In this document: one piece after another, positions 24,528 through 36,178 of the stretch
Position numbering within the stretch: the stretch's first letter is position 1
Layout of the letters: the number at the start of each line of letters is the position of its first letter
NCBI GenBank assembly: GCA_010405405.1
Contig: MU004242.1
Coordinates: forward strand, 345,751-409,750
Direction of reading: 5' to 3'
Length of the DNA stretch: 64,000 nucleotides
Source: Microthyrium microscopicum
Taxonomy: Eukaryota
The notes under the pieces: model-generated
The model's input: the letters and a program-made list of their open reading frames with translations, nothing else
Databases searched by the model: none
Told to the model about the DNA's origin: nothing
Program-made: the position numbers and the translations under genes

Positions 24528-25559
24528 ATGGCGACCACTTCTCCGACGAGCGATTTCAAACGTCGCTCCGCCAAATTTTCCTCCAACCTTGTTGAGCGCT
24601 TCAAAAAAGTTGTCAAAGATGGCGAGGAGACAATTAACTCTCACCGCAAAAGACACAGTACAGGGAATCCTCTGGAAACAGAAGATGTGACAAATCCAGA
24701 CCAAAGAAGACACAGTACGACAATCCATCAAAACGGCACCATCGGAAGCACAAAGCAACGCAATGTAGATGTTCTAGGTTATTCCGGTGTTCCTGCAAGC
24801 TCCGACTTGGCCGTAGAGAGCCAAACTCACTCTCAAAATGTCGCACTACGAAATATCAACTCCAACGAATCTCATGAAATCCCTAGAAAACCGATAGATC
24901 CATCGTCACCTGTTCTCAAACATAAAGAAGGTCACCAGTCTCTGCTTGAAGACGAAAGTTTCCATGAAAATGGTGTTGAGAAGACAACATCTTCGAGCTC
25001 TGCTGCAGTTGGGAAGCAAGCTGTCGATCAGTCAGATTCCACCCACGAAAGCCTTCCAACATCGATTCCAGCTGCAGGACAAAGTAGACTCGAAAAACCT
25101 CAAACTCTATCCAGTTCTACAAACGATAAACATATCGTCGATAAGCCAGATTCCACTCAAGCAATCCTACCAACTTCGATTCCAGCAAGATCATCTAGCA
25201 TAAGAAAGTCCAATGGTCACCACAACATACAAGACAAAGCACTACCAAGTCTTCCTCACGAACAAGACCAGCAACATCAAGCAGCGTTAGCTGCAGCGGG
25301 GTTGGATCTTAGCAACACAGTCGATACAACAGTTCATACAACCACGTCCCCAGCTGTCACTCACGAAACAGTCCTGCCAGTCACTCGCGAAATCCGAACG
25401 GAAAAGATCACTCGAGATATCCACACTTTCGATGTCGTCCATCGCAAACTCCCTGTCATCGTCACGGAGTATTTACCTGCTCGGCATTTCATTCTATCGC
25501 CAACCGGCGAGCGCATTGAAATGGCGGAGAAAGATATTCCCGCTGCTTTGGGGTTCTAG
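24528..25559 (+). CDS. Hypothetical disordered protein with a C-terminal domain related to the divergent neighbour
   Basis: Open 343-codon frame. C-terminal DTTVHTTTSPAVTHETV...HRKLPVIVTEYLPARH aligns by eye with the neighbour's DTTVHETVAPSVQNETV...HTSVQPVQHSEVLPEQH. Confidence 0.7.
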   Translation: MATTSPTSDFKRRSAKFSSNLVERFKKVVKDGEETINSHRKRHSTGNPLETEDVTNPDQRRHSTTIHQNGTIGSTKQRNVDVLGYSGVPASSDLAVESQTHSQNVALRNINSNESHEIPRKPIDPSSPVLKHKEGHQSLLEDESFHENGVEKTTSSSSAAVGKQAVDQSDSTHESLPTSIPAAGQSRLEKPQTLSSSTNDKHIVDKPDSTQAILPTSIPARSSSIRKSNGHHNIQDKALPSLPHEQDQQHQAALAAAGLDLSNTVDTTVHTTTSPAVTHETVLPVTREIRTEKITRDIHTFDVVHRKLPVIVTEYLPARHFILSPTGERIEMAEKDIPAALGF

Positions 25560-26894
25560 ACACATACCTTGTTATGACAGTTGTTGAAACGATATCTTGT
25601 TTTCGTCTAGACAAGCTTGATCTGTGACATGGGTGGATAGTGGTTTCCAGAACGGAGGATCTCTTCCCTCCAATGACCGACGAGTTCAAGATCAGAACCT
25701 GGAAGTCTAGTATGATCTTCAAGCGAATCGAACATGTGAGGTAATGGCTGTAATCGAATTGGGAAACCTAGTCGCTTTCGCCATGTGGAAAAACCACAAC
25801 CTGTTTTTTCGGAGATTAAAATTTCGATCCAACGTGGACCTGGCCAGAAATTTCCCGACTTCTGGATCTCGAAAGCTGGGGCTGTCAACCTGAAAACTGG
25901 TTGCAATGGTCGCAAGACTTTCCATCTCAAGGGATTGACCACTGAAAACGATAAGGGCTTGCAAAAATTACTTTCTTGGCGTCACTTGGTATCGCTTGTT
26001 GTATCTTGGTAGTGCATGTTGTATGAGTACTCTCAGAATTGTTTACGAGTTATGGTGCTTCGCTCCTCTCTTTTTTACTTTGAGTTTAACTTTCACAATT
26101 ATACGGAAGTTGGCGTTGGTTTGACAGCATAGCATCTAGCGCTGAAAGTTTCACATGTATAATATAACTATAATTGATTGCTTTTGCTTACCCCTGACAA
26201 GCCTGCCGACGAATTGATATGACTATATCTTGAGAATGATGGCTATCAGAGACCTTCAAGTCGATCTATTGCACTAGGCGCTTCATGCTTTCCCTACCCA
26301 ACAGACGCTCAGAAATCTTCAAGAAGTGAAATTCACATGAGATTCGATAACCTAGAGAACGGAATATGTCAAGCCTTGATCAACAAGATTAAGCTTTAAT
26401 ATAAGACTGCTCGGCTTTTTTGGAATAACAGATGGGAGAGTAATCTTCCCAACTTGGCATTCTTGGAGCAAAGTCTTATCTCGCATCGTCATGTAGATGG
26501 TCAAGATAAGAGTTTGGGGGTGCGTGGAAAGTAACAGGCAAATATATTAATGATTAACCACAAACCAGGAAACTGTCCTCGAAATGGCAACGTGCGTTGA
26601 GATACAACCCATGCGAGTTAATTACTGACAATCATTGAGACCAGATCCTACCGGTGGTCTAGACTTTTTCTACAGATCTGGTAGGATATCGTCTGCTAGT
26701 GAACGATTTTGCTATTGGAATCAGTTGTAATTGGCGGAAGATTTTGAAAATGACTTCCAGTCTTCTTTTGTCCAAGATCTCGAAACGTTAAGTATAAGTA
26801 TCGGCGCGAAAGTGGTGAATTTGAAGCATCTCAACCAGAACAATCACCACTCACTTCAGATCACTCATTAGACACTTCACTCGCTCATTTCAAT

Positions 26895-27323
26895 ATGCAA
26901 CTCATCAACGTCGTGGCGCTTCTCGCCTTCTGCTCAGGAGTCTTCGCAGCTCCAGTGGACAATGGCCTAGCCGCCTATGAAGCACCACCAAATTCGCAGC
27001 CCGCCAAAGACCACTCTACATGGTAAGTAATGACTACGTCATTCATCATGCATCCAGACTAACAGCTTCTTAGGAAGAACTTGGACAACAACAAAAAGAA
27101 GGACGGCTCATATATGAACTATGACAAGAAGAAGGAGAACGAATACAAATACCAAGCTCACCAAGACGACAAGAGCAAGCAATACCAGAAGGAGAAGGAT
27201 GCCATGTACAAGGCCAAGAAGGAAGACCAGAACTACAAGTATGACACCAACAAGTACAAGAACGACAAGAACAAGGAGTACAAGTACGAGAAGTCTCACC
27301 CTGACTACAAGGGACACTACTAG
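26895..27323 (+). CDS. Small secreted Lys/Tyr-rich protein (~125 aa; intron 27023-27073)
   Basis: MQLINVVALLAFCSGVFA-AP signal peptide. A GTAAGT..CTAAC..TAG intron restores the frame to ORF 27081..27323. Strong C/G third-position bias; TATAAG upstream at ~26794. Confidence 0.85.
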
Positions 27324-27911
27324 GGTGTCATTGGTTTGAAGCTGGTCAGAAGAAGAGACGTTCAATTCAAGCCTATCATGATGCTTTCCAGCTCATTGTG
27401 ATTGGCACACTATTCTTTTATTTGTGCTGAACAGCAAGCACGCTTTTTTCTTTGCTTCAACCATCTCTATCTCACGGATTTGGGACGACCGGATTCGTGG
27501 CTGTGGAATAGATAGTAGGATGAAGAACCCTTTTTATTGTCAATATTTTGGATTAGTTAGAAATCAAATCTCTTCTTCTGATTCTCTTCTCCTGGATCTC
27601 TTCTTCTAGATGTCTTGTCCCGACTGAAATCTTCTGGAACAGTTCTTTCAAGGTAACTCAAGTACTTGAGATGAAGCGTAACAACTAGTGATTGTGTTTA
27701 ACAAGGCTACATCAGACAAAGGACCTCATAAAAAGACGTAAGATGCAATCCCATACGTGCAGCAACCAAGGGTCTGGAAATCAGTCTTTTATTTGCGCCA
27801 AAGCATATGACGTCTCTATTAAAGGTTATAATGATACAGCACAAAGTCACCATCATCCAGCAGCCTTTGCCACACTGCCCTCCTGTAATCCCACGACTGC
27901 GTGAGCGTAAA

Positions 27912-29617
27912 CTATAATTTGTTAGAGCCAATGGTTACATGCGCGATTTCTCTAGTACTTACGTTTGATGCGCCGTCAAACATTACAAGCGCATCAGCCC
28001 GCATCTCTACAATTGGCAGACAGACTCCTGGGCAGTCTTCTCCGATGCTGCAGAGTGGTTGGGGATCGCAGTATGTTCCCGCCAGACAGGCGGATAGCCC
28101 TGGACCGCATCTTGTTGGTGTTGCTGATGAGGCGCCACCAGGGCTAGAGACGGACTTCGGTGCTGGAGGTGCTGGGGGTGCTGGAGGGGCTGGAGGTGCT
28201 GGTAAGGCGCCAGGGCCAGAGACGGACTTTGGTGCTGGAGGGGCTGGAGGTGCTGGAGATGCTGGAGCTGGAGCTGCGGAAGTTGGCTTTACTGGTGCTG
28301 GGGGTGCAGATGACACAGGAGCTGGCACTGACGACGGAATCGGCGCTACCGATGAGACTGGAACTGGCTGAACTGGAGGTTTAGGGGCGACGGTCGAACT
28401 TCTTGGTGGTTGATTACTCGTCTTGGTATTTCCAGGCCAGGTAAAGGGGTTTGAGCCAGTCCTTGTTGTAGCTGGTGGCTGGGCTGGTGTCTGAGCAGCT
28501 GGTTGATTTGGAGTTTGAGCTGGCTGAGAGGGGGCTTGAGTAGGCAGTGTTGGAAGAGAGACGGGAGTCCAGGACGGTCCAGGGTTTGCTGGTGGAGTCC
28601 AAGCTGGAGGCTTTGAGGTTGAACTTCTTGGAGGTAGTGTGGTTACTTTTGATGGCGTTGAGCGTGTTGCTGAAGTGGTAGGTTTGTAACCAGTAGGCGG
28701 TGTCCAAGTGGTTTTGGGAGTTGGAGTTGGAGCTGGCTGAGTCTGAGTGACAGTGACTATACTGGGTCCAACTGGTACACTGGGTACGGCTGGCTGTGGA
28801 GATGGTTGCGGAGCTGGCAGGTTGGTTGGGCCGATCAGGGTAATGATAGACGTAGACATGGAATAACTTAGAGATGTAACGGGATTTGGCCATCCAAATC
28901 CAGGCAAAGTAGTTGTAATTGTGACCAGGAATGGTACAGTACTGTAGTACGTGGATTGGCCATTGTTTCCTCCCCTAGTTGTTGTTCTTTCAGATGGCCT
29001 GCCCGATCTCCACGTTGACACGCCATTAGGACCTAAAGTATATCCTCCTCTACTGTCATCGCTGCTTCTGGTTGACTCCCTTGCTAGAAATGGTTTAGCT
29101 TGAGTTATGATACTGGCATTTTTGAGCTATCGGGAATCTTACGTGGCGGGCGAGGGACTGGAGCGTTACAATTCTTATGTAACATTAGTTGGTGCTCGAA
29201 GTGATCTAAATAGGATGATCTCACCAATGGTACTGGAGCTGGACAATCAGAATCTTTCCATACACGAAAGCAGTCTTCGGCGGCTCGGTTTATGCATTCG
29301 CAGGCCTAGCTTCATGTTAGTTCGTGACTACAATGACTGCAGCTGGAATATCTCACCGCCTTGCCATTATTGGGACAGATGACATCTCGACATTGACAAG
29401 CACCAGGCTGGGATGATCTTCCACCTCCGTTGCCATCTCTGCTACCGCTACTGCCAGAACCTCTCCCGCTGCCTCTCGTGCTAGCGCTGCTCGAGCCGCC
29501 TCTTGTATCCCTATCGCCATATCTATCCTCCGGATCGTCTCTGTCCCCGTATCCGTTTCGCTGTGGAGCAGCGACGGCTAGTAAAGCAAAATATGCGAAG
29601 AAGACAATCGATTTCAT
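27912..29617 (-). CDS. Secreted Pro/Thr-rich (extensin/mucin-like) protein with Cys-rich N- and C-terminal modules, multi-exon
   Basis: Signal MKSIVFFAYFALLAVAAP; spliced CQCRDVIC..ACECINRAAEDC..DC..NC module; long P/T/A stalk with APPAP repeats; C-terminal CGPGLSAC..YC..LC..DCPGVC. Confidence 0.75.
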
Positions 29618-30774
29618 AGTTGCGGATTTTGTGACCGAAAGCTGCGTTGCGAATGAAGACCGAGTAGAGTGATGGGACCGTTGTGAAATTGATTCAATGC
29701 AGTTGCTGCCTCATCGTTAGCTCCCACAGAAATGACAACAAGCAAATGCAAAAAGAATGTATGAAATGCAAGCTATGAAGAACAGAAAGGTGCAGTTGTG
29801 AGAAAATTACAGGTGAAGTGAAGTTCGACCTACCAAACGGGGTAGGCCCGCGAGAGCAATATAGTGTCTCAGGCCGTATGAAAGCAGTCAAAAATAGGCA
29901 ATTTTGCTAGTAAGTGGAGTATTCCAGGGGTACAATAAGACTGGTTAATATATATCGGTAATTGAGGTTTATAACACAGGGGTAAAGTTAAGGTCACGCA
30001 GTGACCTCAATGAACCAATGAATATGAAATGTAATCAAAAGCCGACGATACGACCACTCAAAGACTAACGATCTTCAGTGCATCAGGATGTGCCGAGACC
30101 GAATACTGTCCTAAGAGCAAACTGTGGGTCATTTTTTCCATCTGACTCCCCAAGTGAGAGCAGATGTACAATGTAAACCCTAGTACTAAGTCTAGAACCT
30201 GGGAATGAACCGCCCATGGAGTTGGCTGGCTTGAACATAAAAGGTACGCATCTCAATTGAGTTTGGAGCTGCTACGGAATCTTCGAAATAGAAGAGTGAA
30301 CCATAACCGCGGAGAACGAAGGGAGAATGAAGTTGTGACTAGATCATATCTCAACCACGTCCAAGCCAATCTTTGCTCTTGACTGCGAAATGTCTGTTGT
30401 AATGTCGGTATAATCACGATAGAATGTATCTGCCAGGGAGGATCGTGATATAGATGCTATTCATCGACCGAATTGAGTTGAAGACAGAAGCAAAATGTCG
30501 CGATGTGGTTGGAGTTGAGGTTGAGTCGAATCTGTAAGGAAAGAGGGCGATGGGACCAGTGAAGTTGAAATCCCTTACACAGCCCCTCTATTTTCATGTG
30601 ATGAACTTTTGCCTAGCCTGTGAGCCTACCTTGCCTGCTTCAACGACAATCCTACTCAAACATAAAACTGCCCACCTTCTACCCAAATTGTCAAATACAT
30701 TCCAGAACCTCTAGTGGATGAGAATTCAGCATCGATTCACCCCGGAATAATCAGCTGCTGCCTTGGTCGCCACT

Positions 30775-33657
30775 ATGGTAGGCCGACAGGACTTTCTAAG
30801 TCAGCCCGCACCAGAGAACTACGTTGCTGGTCTTGGTCGAGGAGCCACTGGCTTCACAACAAGATCAGATCTTGGTCCAGCTCGCGAGGGTCCATCAGAA
30901 GAACAATTTAAAGAAGCTTTAGCAAAACGCGCGCGAGAGCTCGGCGCTCCAGTCCCAACAGCCTACGGCGCAACCGAGAAAAAGGAAGAAGAGGAGGCAG
31001 AGGAGGCAGAGAGGTTTCAGGACCCAGACAATGAAGTCGGCCTTTTTGCGCATGGATTTTACGACAAGGATGATGACGAGGCAGATCGAATATATCAAGC
31101 GGTAGACGAGAAGATGGAAAAGCGGAGGAAAGCGCGCAGGTTAGTACTCACCCTGCTCAGATCATTTTGCATTATGCGAACAACTGGTTTATTCAAATCA
31201 GAACAGATTGCCGACTTGAATTTCTCTAGGGAAGAACGCGAACAAAAAGAACGAGAAGAATACGAAGCCAAGAATCCGAAAATTTCACAACAATTCGCCG
31301 ACGCGAAACGAGCGCTTTCGACAGTCACCGATGAAGAATGGGCAAATATTCCAGAAGTAAACGACTTGACGGGCCGGAACAAACGCGCTCGACAAGCACG
31401 AATGCAGAATCGATTTTATGCAGTCCCGGATAGTGTAATTGCCGCAGCGCGCGACGCCACACAACTGGAAACAAGCATATCGGCAGATGAGGCTAATGGT
31501 GGTGGAAGTGAGGCCGCGGATGGTACAACAACCAATTTTGCGCAAATTGGAGCAGCCCGTGAAAAGGTGCTCCAAGTTGGTCTAGATCGAGCAGGAAAAT
31601 CTGACTCGAACGGCACGTCGACGTCAATAGATCCTCGAGGATATTTAACAAGTCTGGACAAGTCCTCGACAAATGGAGAACATAACGTGGGCGATGTGGC
31701 AAGAACTCGATCTCTCCTGGAATCAGTCATAAAAACAAATCCCAAGCACGCTCCTGGTTGGATATCAGCAGCTCGATTGGAAGAGTTCGCGGGAAAGATT
31801 GTGGCAGCTAGAACCCTCATAAATCGAGGTTGTCAAAACTGCCCCAAGTCAGAGGATGCTTGGTTAGAAGCAATTCGGTTGCATATGAGCGGAGATAATC
31901 ACAATTCGAAGGTCATCGCAGCCAATGCGCTAGAAAACAACCCTCGAAGCACAAAGCTGTGGATTGCAGCAATGGAACTGGAATCCGATCCACGAGCGAA
32001 GAAACGTGTGATACGCAAAGCTTTAGATCAAGTACCACAATCCGTGGATTTATGGAAGACTGCAAGCAACTTGGAAGAAGACCCTGCAGACGCCCGTTTA
32101 CTTTTGTCAAGAGCCACGGAATTCATTCCTCTCAGTATTGAGCTTTGGCTTGCTTTAGCTCGGCTCGAATCGCCAGATAACGCCCGCAAGGTATTAAACA
32201 AAGCGCGAAAAGCCGTACCGACAGCCTATGAAGTGTGGATTGCTGCTTGCCGATTGGAAGAACAACTCGATCTACCTGCCATGGTGAGAAAAGTTATGGA
32301 GCGTGGTATCAAGAGCTTGGCGAAGGAAAATGCCATGCTGAAGCGAGAAGAATGGATAGCAGAAGCTGAAAAGGCTGAGAATGAAGGGGCTTTCCAGACG
32401 TGCGCTGCCATTATTGAGTACACCTTAGGCTGGGATTTAGATGAGGACGATGATCGTAAAGATGTGTGGATGGCCGACGCAAAAGAGAGTATCGCACGCG
32501 GGAACTACGAAACTGCTCGGGCGATGTATGCCTACACTCTACGAGTATTTGTCAACAAACTATCGGTATGGAAAGCAGCTACTGATCTAGAGCGAAGCCA
32601 TGGCACCAAAGAATCCCTCCATCAATTACTCGAAAAAGCCGTGGAAGCCTGTCCTTCAAGTGATGATCTCTGGCTACAGCTTGCAAGAGAGAAATGGCAC
32701 AATGGACAAATAGATGATGCTCGTCGTGTTTTGGCTCGCGCGTTTAACCAAAATGCTAGCGAAAACATTTGGCTGGCAGCTGTCAAACTGGAAGCTGACA
32801 GCAAGAAATTTGACGAAGCTCGAGATCTGCTATCCCGTGCAAGACAAGAAGCTGGTACAGATCGAGTCTGGATCAAGAGCGTTTCATTTGAGCGTCAACT
32901 GGATAACACCGATATAGCCTTGGACCTAGTGAACCAAGGCCTACAACTATTCCCCAACGCCTCTAAACTATGGATGATGAAGGGACAAATATACGAGGAT
33001 AAAGCCAACATTCCCAAAGCCCGCGAAGCATACAACACAGGCACACGTGCTTGCCCAAAATCCGTTCCTCTGTGGCTTCTCGCGGCCCGCCTAGAAGAAC
33101 GAGCCGGAGTCATCGTCAAGGCCCGCTCCATACTCGACCGTGCACGTCTAGCAGTGCCCAAGAACGCCGACCTCTGGTGCGAGAGTGTCCGACTCGAACG
33201 TCGAGCCAACAACACCGCCGCTGCCAACAATCTCATGGCTCAAGCCCTCCAACAAGTGCCCAACAGCGGTCTGCTTTGGAGCGAAAAGATTATGCACCTC
33301 GAAGCGCGTACGCAACGCAAAGCACGCGCCCTGGAAGCCATCAAGAAAGTCGACAACGACCGCAACCTATTCGTCGCAGTCGCTCGAATCTTTTGGGCTG
33401 AGCGGAAACTCGACAAGGCAGCGAGTTGGTTCGAGCGAGCAGTGGTGCTCGATGCGGACTATGGTGATACATGGGCGTGGTATTACAAGTTCTTGATGCA
33501 GCATGGCACGGACGAGAAGAAGGCGGAGGTGATAGAGAAGTGTACGATGGCGGAACCAAAGCATGGTGAGGTTTGGCAGCGTATTGCAAAGGAGCCACGG
33601 CATGCGCATAAGACGTCGGAGGAGGTACTAAAAATGGTGGTGGCAGAAGTGCAGTAA
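30775..33657 (+). CDS. PRP6: U5/tri-snRNP splicing factor Prp6 (Prp1 in S. pombe); intron 31140-31229
   Basis: DFLSQPAPENYVAGLGRGATGFTTRSDLGPAREG N-terminus, NPKHAPGWISAARLEE, many HAT/TPR repeats, EPKHGEVWQ C-terminus. Confidence 0.97.
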   Translation: MVGRQDFLSQPAPENYVAGLGRGATGFTTRSDLGPAREGPSEEQFKEALAKRARELGAPVPTAYGATEKKEEEEAEEAERFQDPDNEVGLFAHGFYDKDDDEADRIYQAVDEKMEKRRKARRLVLTLLRSFCIMRTTGLFKSEQIADLNFSREEREQKEREEYEAKNPKISQQFADAKRALSTVTDEEWANIPEVNDLTGRNKRARQARMQNRFYAVPDSVIAAARDATQLETSISADEANGGGSEAADGTTTNFAQIGAAREKVLQVGLDRAGKSDSNGTSTSIDPRGYLTSLDKSSTNGEHNVGDVARTRSLLESVIKTNPKHAPGWISAARLEEFAGKIVAARTLINRGCQNCPKSEDAWLEAIRLHMSGDNHNSKVIAANALENNPRSTKLWIAAMELESDPRAKKRVIRKALDQVPQSVDLWKTASNLEEDPADARLLLSRATEFIPLSIELWLALARLESPDNARKVLNKARKAVPTAYEVWIAACRLEEQLDLPAMVRKVMERGIKSLAKENAMLKREEWIAEAEKAENEGAFQTCAAIIEYTLGWDLDEDDDRKDVWMADAKESIARGNYETARAMYAYTLRVFVNKLSVWKAATDLERSHGTKESLHQLLEKAVEACPSSDDLWLQLAREKWHNGQIDDARRVLARAFNQNASENIWLAAVKLEADSKKFDEARDLLSRARQEAGTDRVWIKSVSFERQLDNTDIALDLVNQGLQLFPNASKLWMMKGQIYEDKANIPKAREAYNTGTRACPKSVPLWLLAARLEERAGVIVKARSILDRARLAVPKNADLWCESVRLERRANNTAAANNLMAQALQQVPNSGLLWSEKIMHLEARTQRKARALEAIKKVDNDRNLFVAVARIFWAERKLDKAASWFERAVVLDADYGDTWAWYYKFLMQHGTDEKKAEVIEKCTMAEPKHGEVWQRIAKEPRHAHKTSEEVLKMVVAEVQ

Positions 33658-34070
33658 GTTGATACAAAAATGAATATCCATAATCTACTCGTACCAAGCT
33701 AAATGATCAATCTTTTGGCCGAGCTCTGTTCTTGTACACTTTGATATCCTTGGGTTGAACTTTAGACAACTAACTCGGCAACTGTATTACCCTCACACAT
33801 CGAATGCTAAGACTATAATCTAGGAACTGATCCAGCAACAAACCAGTTTTTCATGCTAATTAGCAAGATATCTTCATTTGTGGTTACACAGACCTGATGT
33901 AGATTTGCGGATCGCTGCCGATTAAGAAACCATGTGGCACATTCTGGCGAATCCCAAGAGCTCTGTCGCTCTACTTCAATATGAACGATGCCATTCTGAA
34001 AATGATTCTGCATACGGCAAATATCCTTGGAGTCAGAGATCTCAAATCGCCATCCTCTTTGTCATTGATC

Positions 34071-35624
34071 ATGTCGTTGACTAGTTTGCCAGTATGTCAC
34101 CCAAAGCACCGTAGCGTCCCCGAATAGAAAGCTAACAATTTTCTGTGAAGGGAGAGATCAAATCTGCCATTGCTGAGCATTTGGACGGGGTAACGGGTCG
34201 GACCCTATTAGTGGGAATCAAGATCTGCGCCAGTTTCGACTTGTTTCCAAGGGCCTTTACGCTCCTGCCACAGAAGTCTTGTTCCGCAAAGTTCGGCTTC
34301 TACCCAATGATGAGTCTGCCGAGCGTTGGAGTTGACAATGCAGAGTGAGGATTTGAAGCCCCTTGTTCGCGAAGTTATCATTGATATATTTCCGGTCAAA
34401 AATTGGATCAGAAGTCTGCCTGAAAAATGCTGGAACAGCTTTGGTGTTGAATACAACCCAGCAGAGATATGGCGTTCAGCAATCACTGAAATGGACGGGT
34501 TCCCTCAGGTGGAGTCTGTATTCCTTCGATTTTCTGGTCAGTGTGGTGGTGATTTGGAAGTACGTCTTGGATAATGGATATCTGCCAGAGACCACGCAGG
34601 TCCGACAAAAAGTGCTCCATAGTGTTTTCGAATCTATGTCAAAGATCAACTCTATCACAGGACGAAAGATTTGTGTACTTTCAATCGGAAATCTTCAAAA
34701 CGTTGACAATGCAGAGATTACTGCATCAGAAGCTTTTAAGGGTGTTCTGTCCGAACTGGAAGAAATCCATGTTTCTATCTGTACGACAACGGATATTCTA
34801 TCTCCTGTGGATTCTATCAACCATCCTGAAGTCAGCACCTTCTGGCCATTGTTCACTCAAAAGTGGCTAGAGCCTGTGCAATCCAACTTGAAGGCATTGA
34901 CCCTACACTGCGATGAACCCTGGGATGTGATTCCCCTTTGGCAATCCCCAAATTTTCACTCCCCTCTGCTCCGGTCCTTGAGTCTGGGTAACTACATTTT
35001 CAGTTCTGATTGGCAGGTTGGTTGGATATTGAACCATAACAAACTGAAGTTTTTGAGCTTTGATGACTGTCTCATTGGACAATACTACGAAGTCGACCCA
35101 CGCAGAGATGTCACAGACACAGGACTCGTTCAAGTTGCCAAAGCAGTCAGGCAGTCTGAAAGAAGACATACCAAAGTTAATTGCAATGGCATACGTTCTT
35201 GATCAAATCAGAACCTCTCTTCCGTTTCTTCAGGATTTCAGGTTCAGCCCTGAAAGATGGATGCAGGTCAAGAATAATTCGACTCGCTTAAAATTAAACA
35301 CAGTTCGCACTAACAATACGTGGAATTGCGCATTTGACAAGCGCTCTAGTAATGCTTCTCATTTCCCCAGTCTTCGATATGTCGCCTTCGACGAACGCGG
35401 TGCACTGCATAGAGCCAATCGGTGGGATATACCAACCTTGGTACCAAGGCTTCAATATGGCACCGAGCCACCGGCTGTTGAGCCACATGGTACTTTCTCT
35501 TCTTCGCCATATATTCGATACATTGACTGCAACGATCTCGTATAGTCTCATAGACCCAATCGCTGCGTTGCGCCGATACTACCACAGATCGCATGGCCCC
35601 AGAACGACACGGAGCATCCAATAG
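34071..35624 (+). pseudogene. Frameshifted F-box/RNI-like gene
   Basis: MSLTSLP|GEIKSAIAEHL, DLRQFRLVSK..ATEVLFRKV, LKPLVREVIID and LRSLSLGNY.F..WIL.H..LK.LSFDDC lie in four different frames, with shifts at ~34190, ~34330 and ~34555 (another likely at ~35190) and no room for introns. Confidence 0.6.
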
Positions 35625-36178
35625 AGAAATTTGACGGCTTCGGGGAACAGGAAGGTGTTCCTTTGCCACATTCTAATGTGGGGGATATTGTTCAGCTCGA
35701 GATAAGATGGCTTTTCAGAAATTGATGAGAGTCGTTAGACTACATCCTTGAGGTTTAGTGATAAGGGTAAATAGTTTGAATTGTGTTCTAGCTTTATTCC
35801 GTCTCTGATCCGGTTTACTTCCTATTATTTCGAAGTTTCCGAGTCCTCCGCAGTATATTAGTCATGATGTGGGTTTAGCCAGCCTTCCGTAAGCATCGAC
35901 CTCACGCGAGTGTTCTCTTGTACTGTTCCTCCGAGTAAAGCTCTCGGTTGATGAGCCCTTGAAAATAACATGGACCTATCAACTCAGACAATCTGGCTGC
36001 AGGACCGTCTGTTTAGTTGTATTATGGACCGTCTGGTACGATCCTCATATTCCTCAAGAGTGGTATGTCTAGACTCTAGGCAGCGTTGTTCAAAGACTAG
36101 GATTTCAGACCATAGCTGAGGGATGGTCGATCTATCTTCACTAATATTCTCTAACGAAGTAAAACTGTATACACAATC

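Noticed and set aside
26895..27323. Tyr-rich secreted peptide as a dikaritin RiPP or Kex2-processed repeat precursor
   Set aside because: No KR-delimited repeated core, and no DUF3328/UstYa or tyrosinase gene recognised nearby.
27901..28371. Gly/Ala-rich plus-strand ORF resembling PE-PGRS or silk
   Set aside because: Antisense shadow of the Pro-rich gene.
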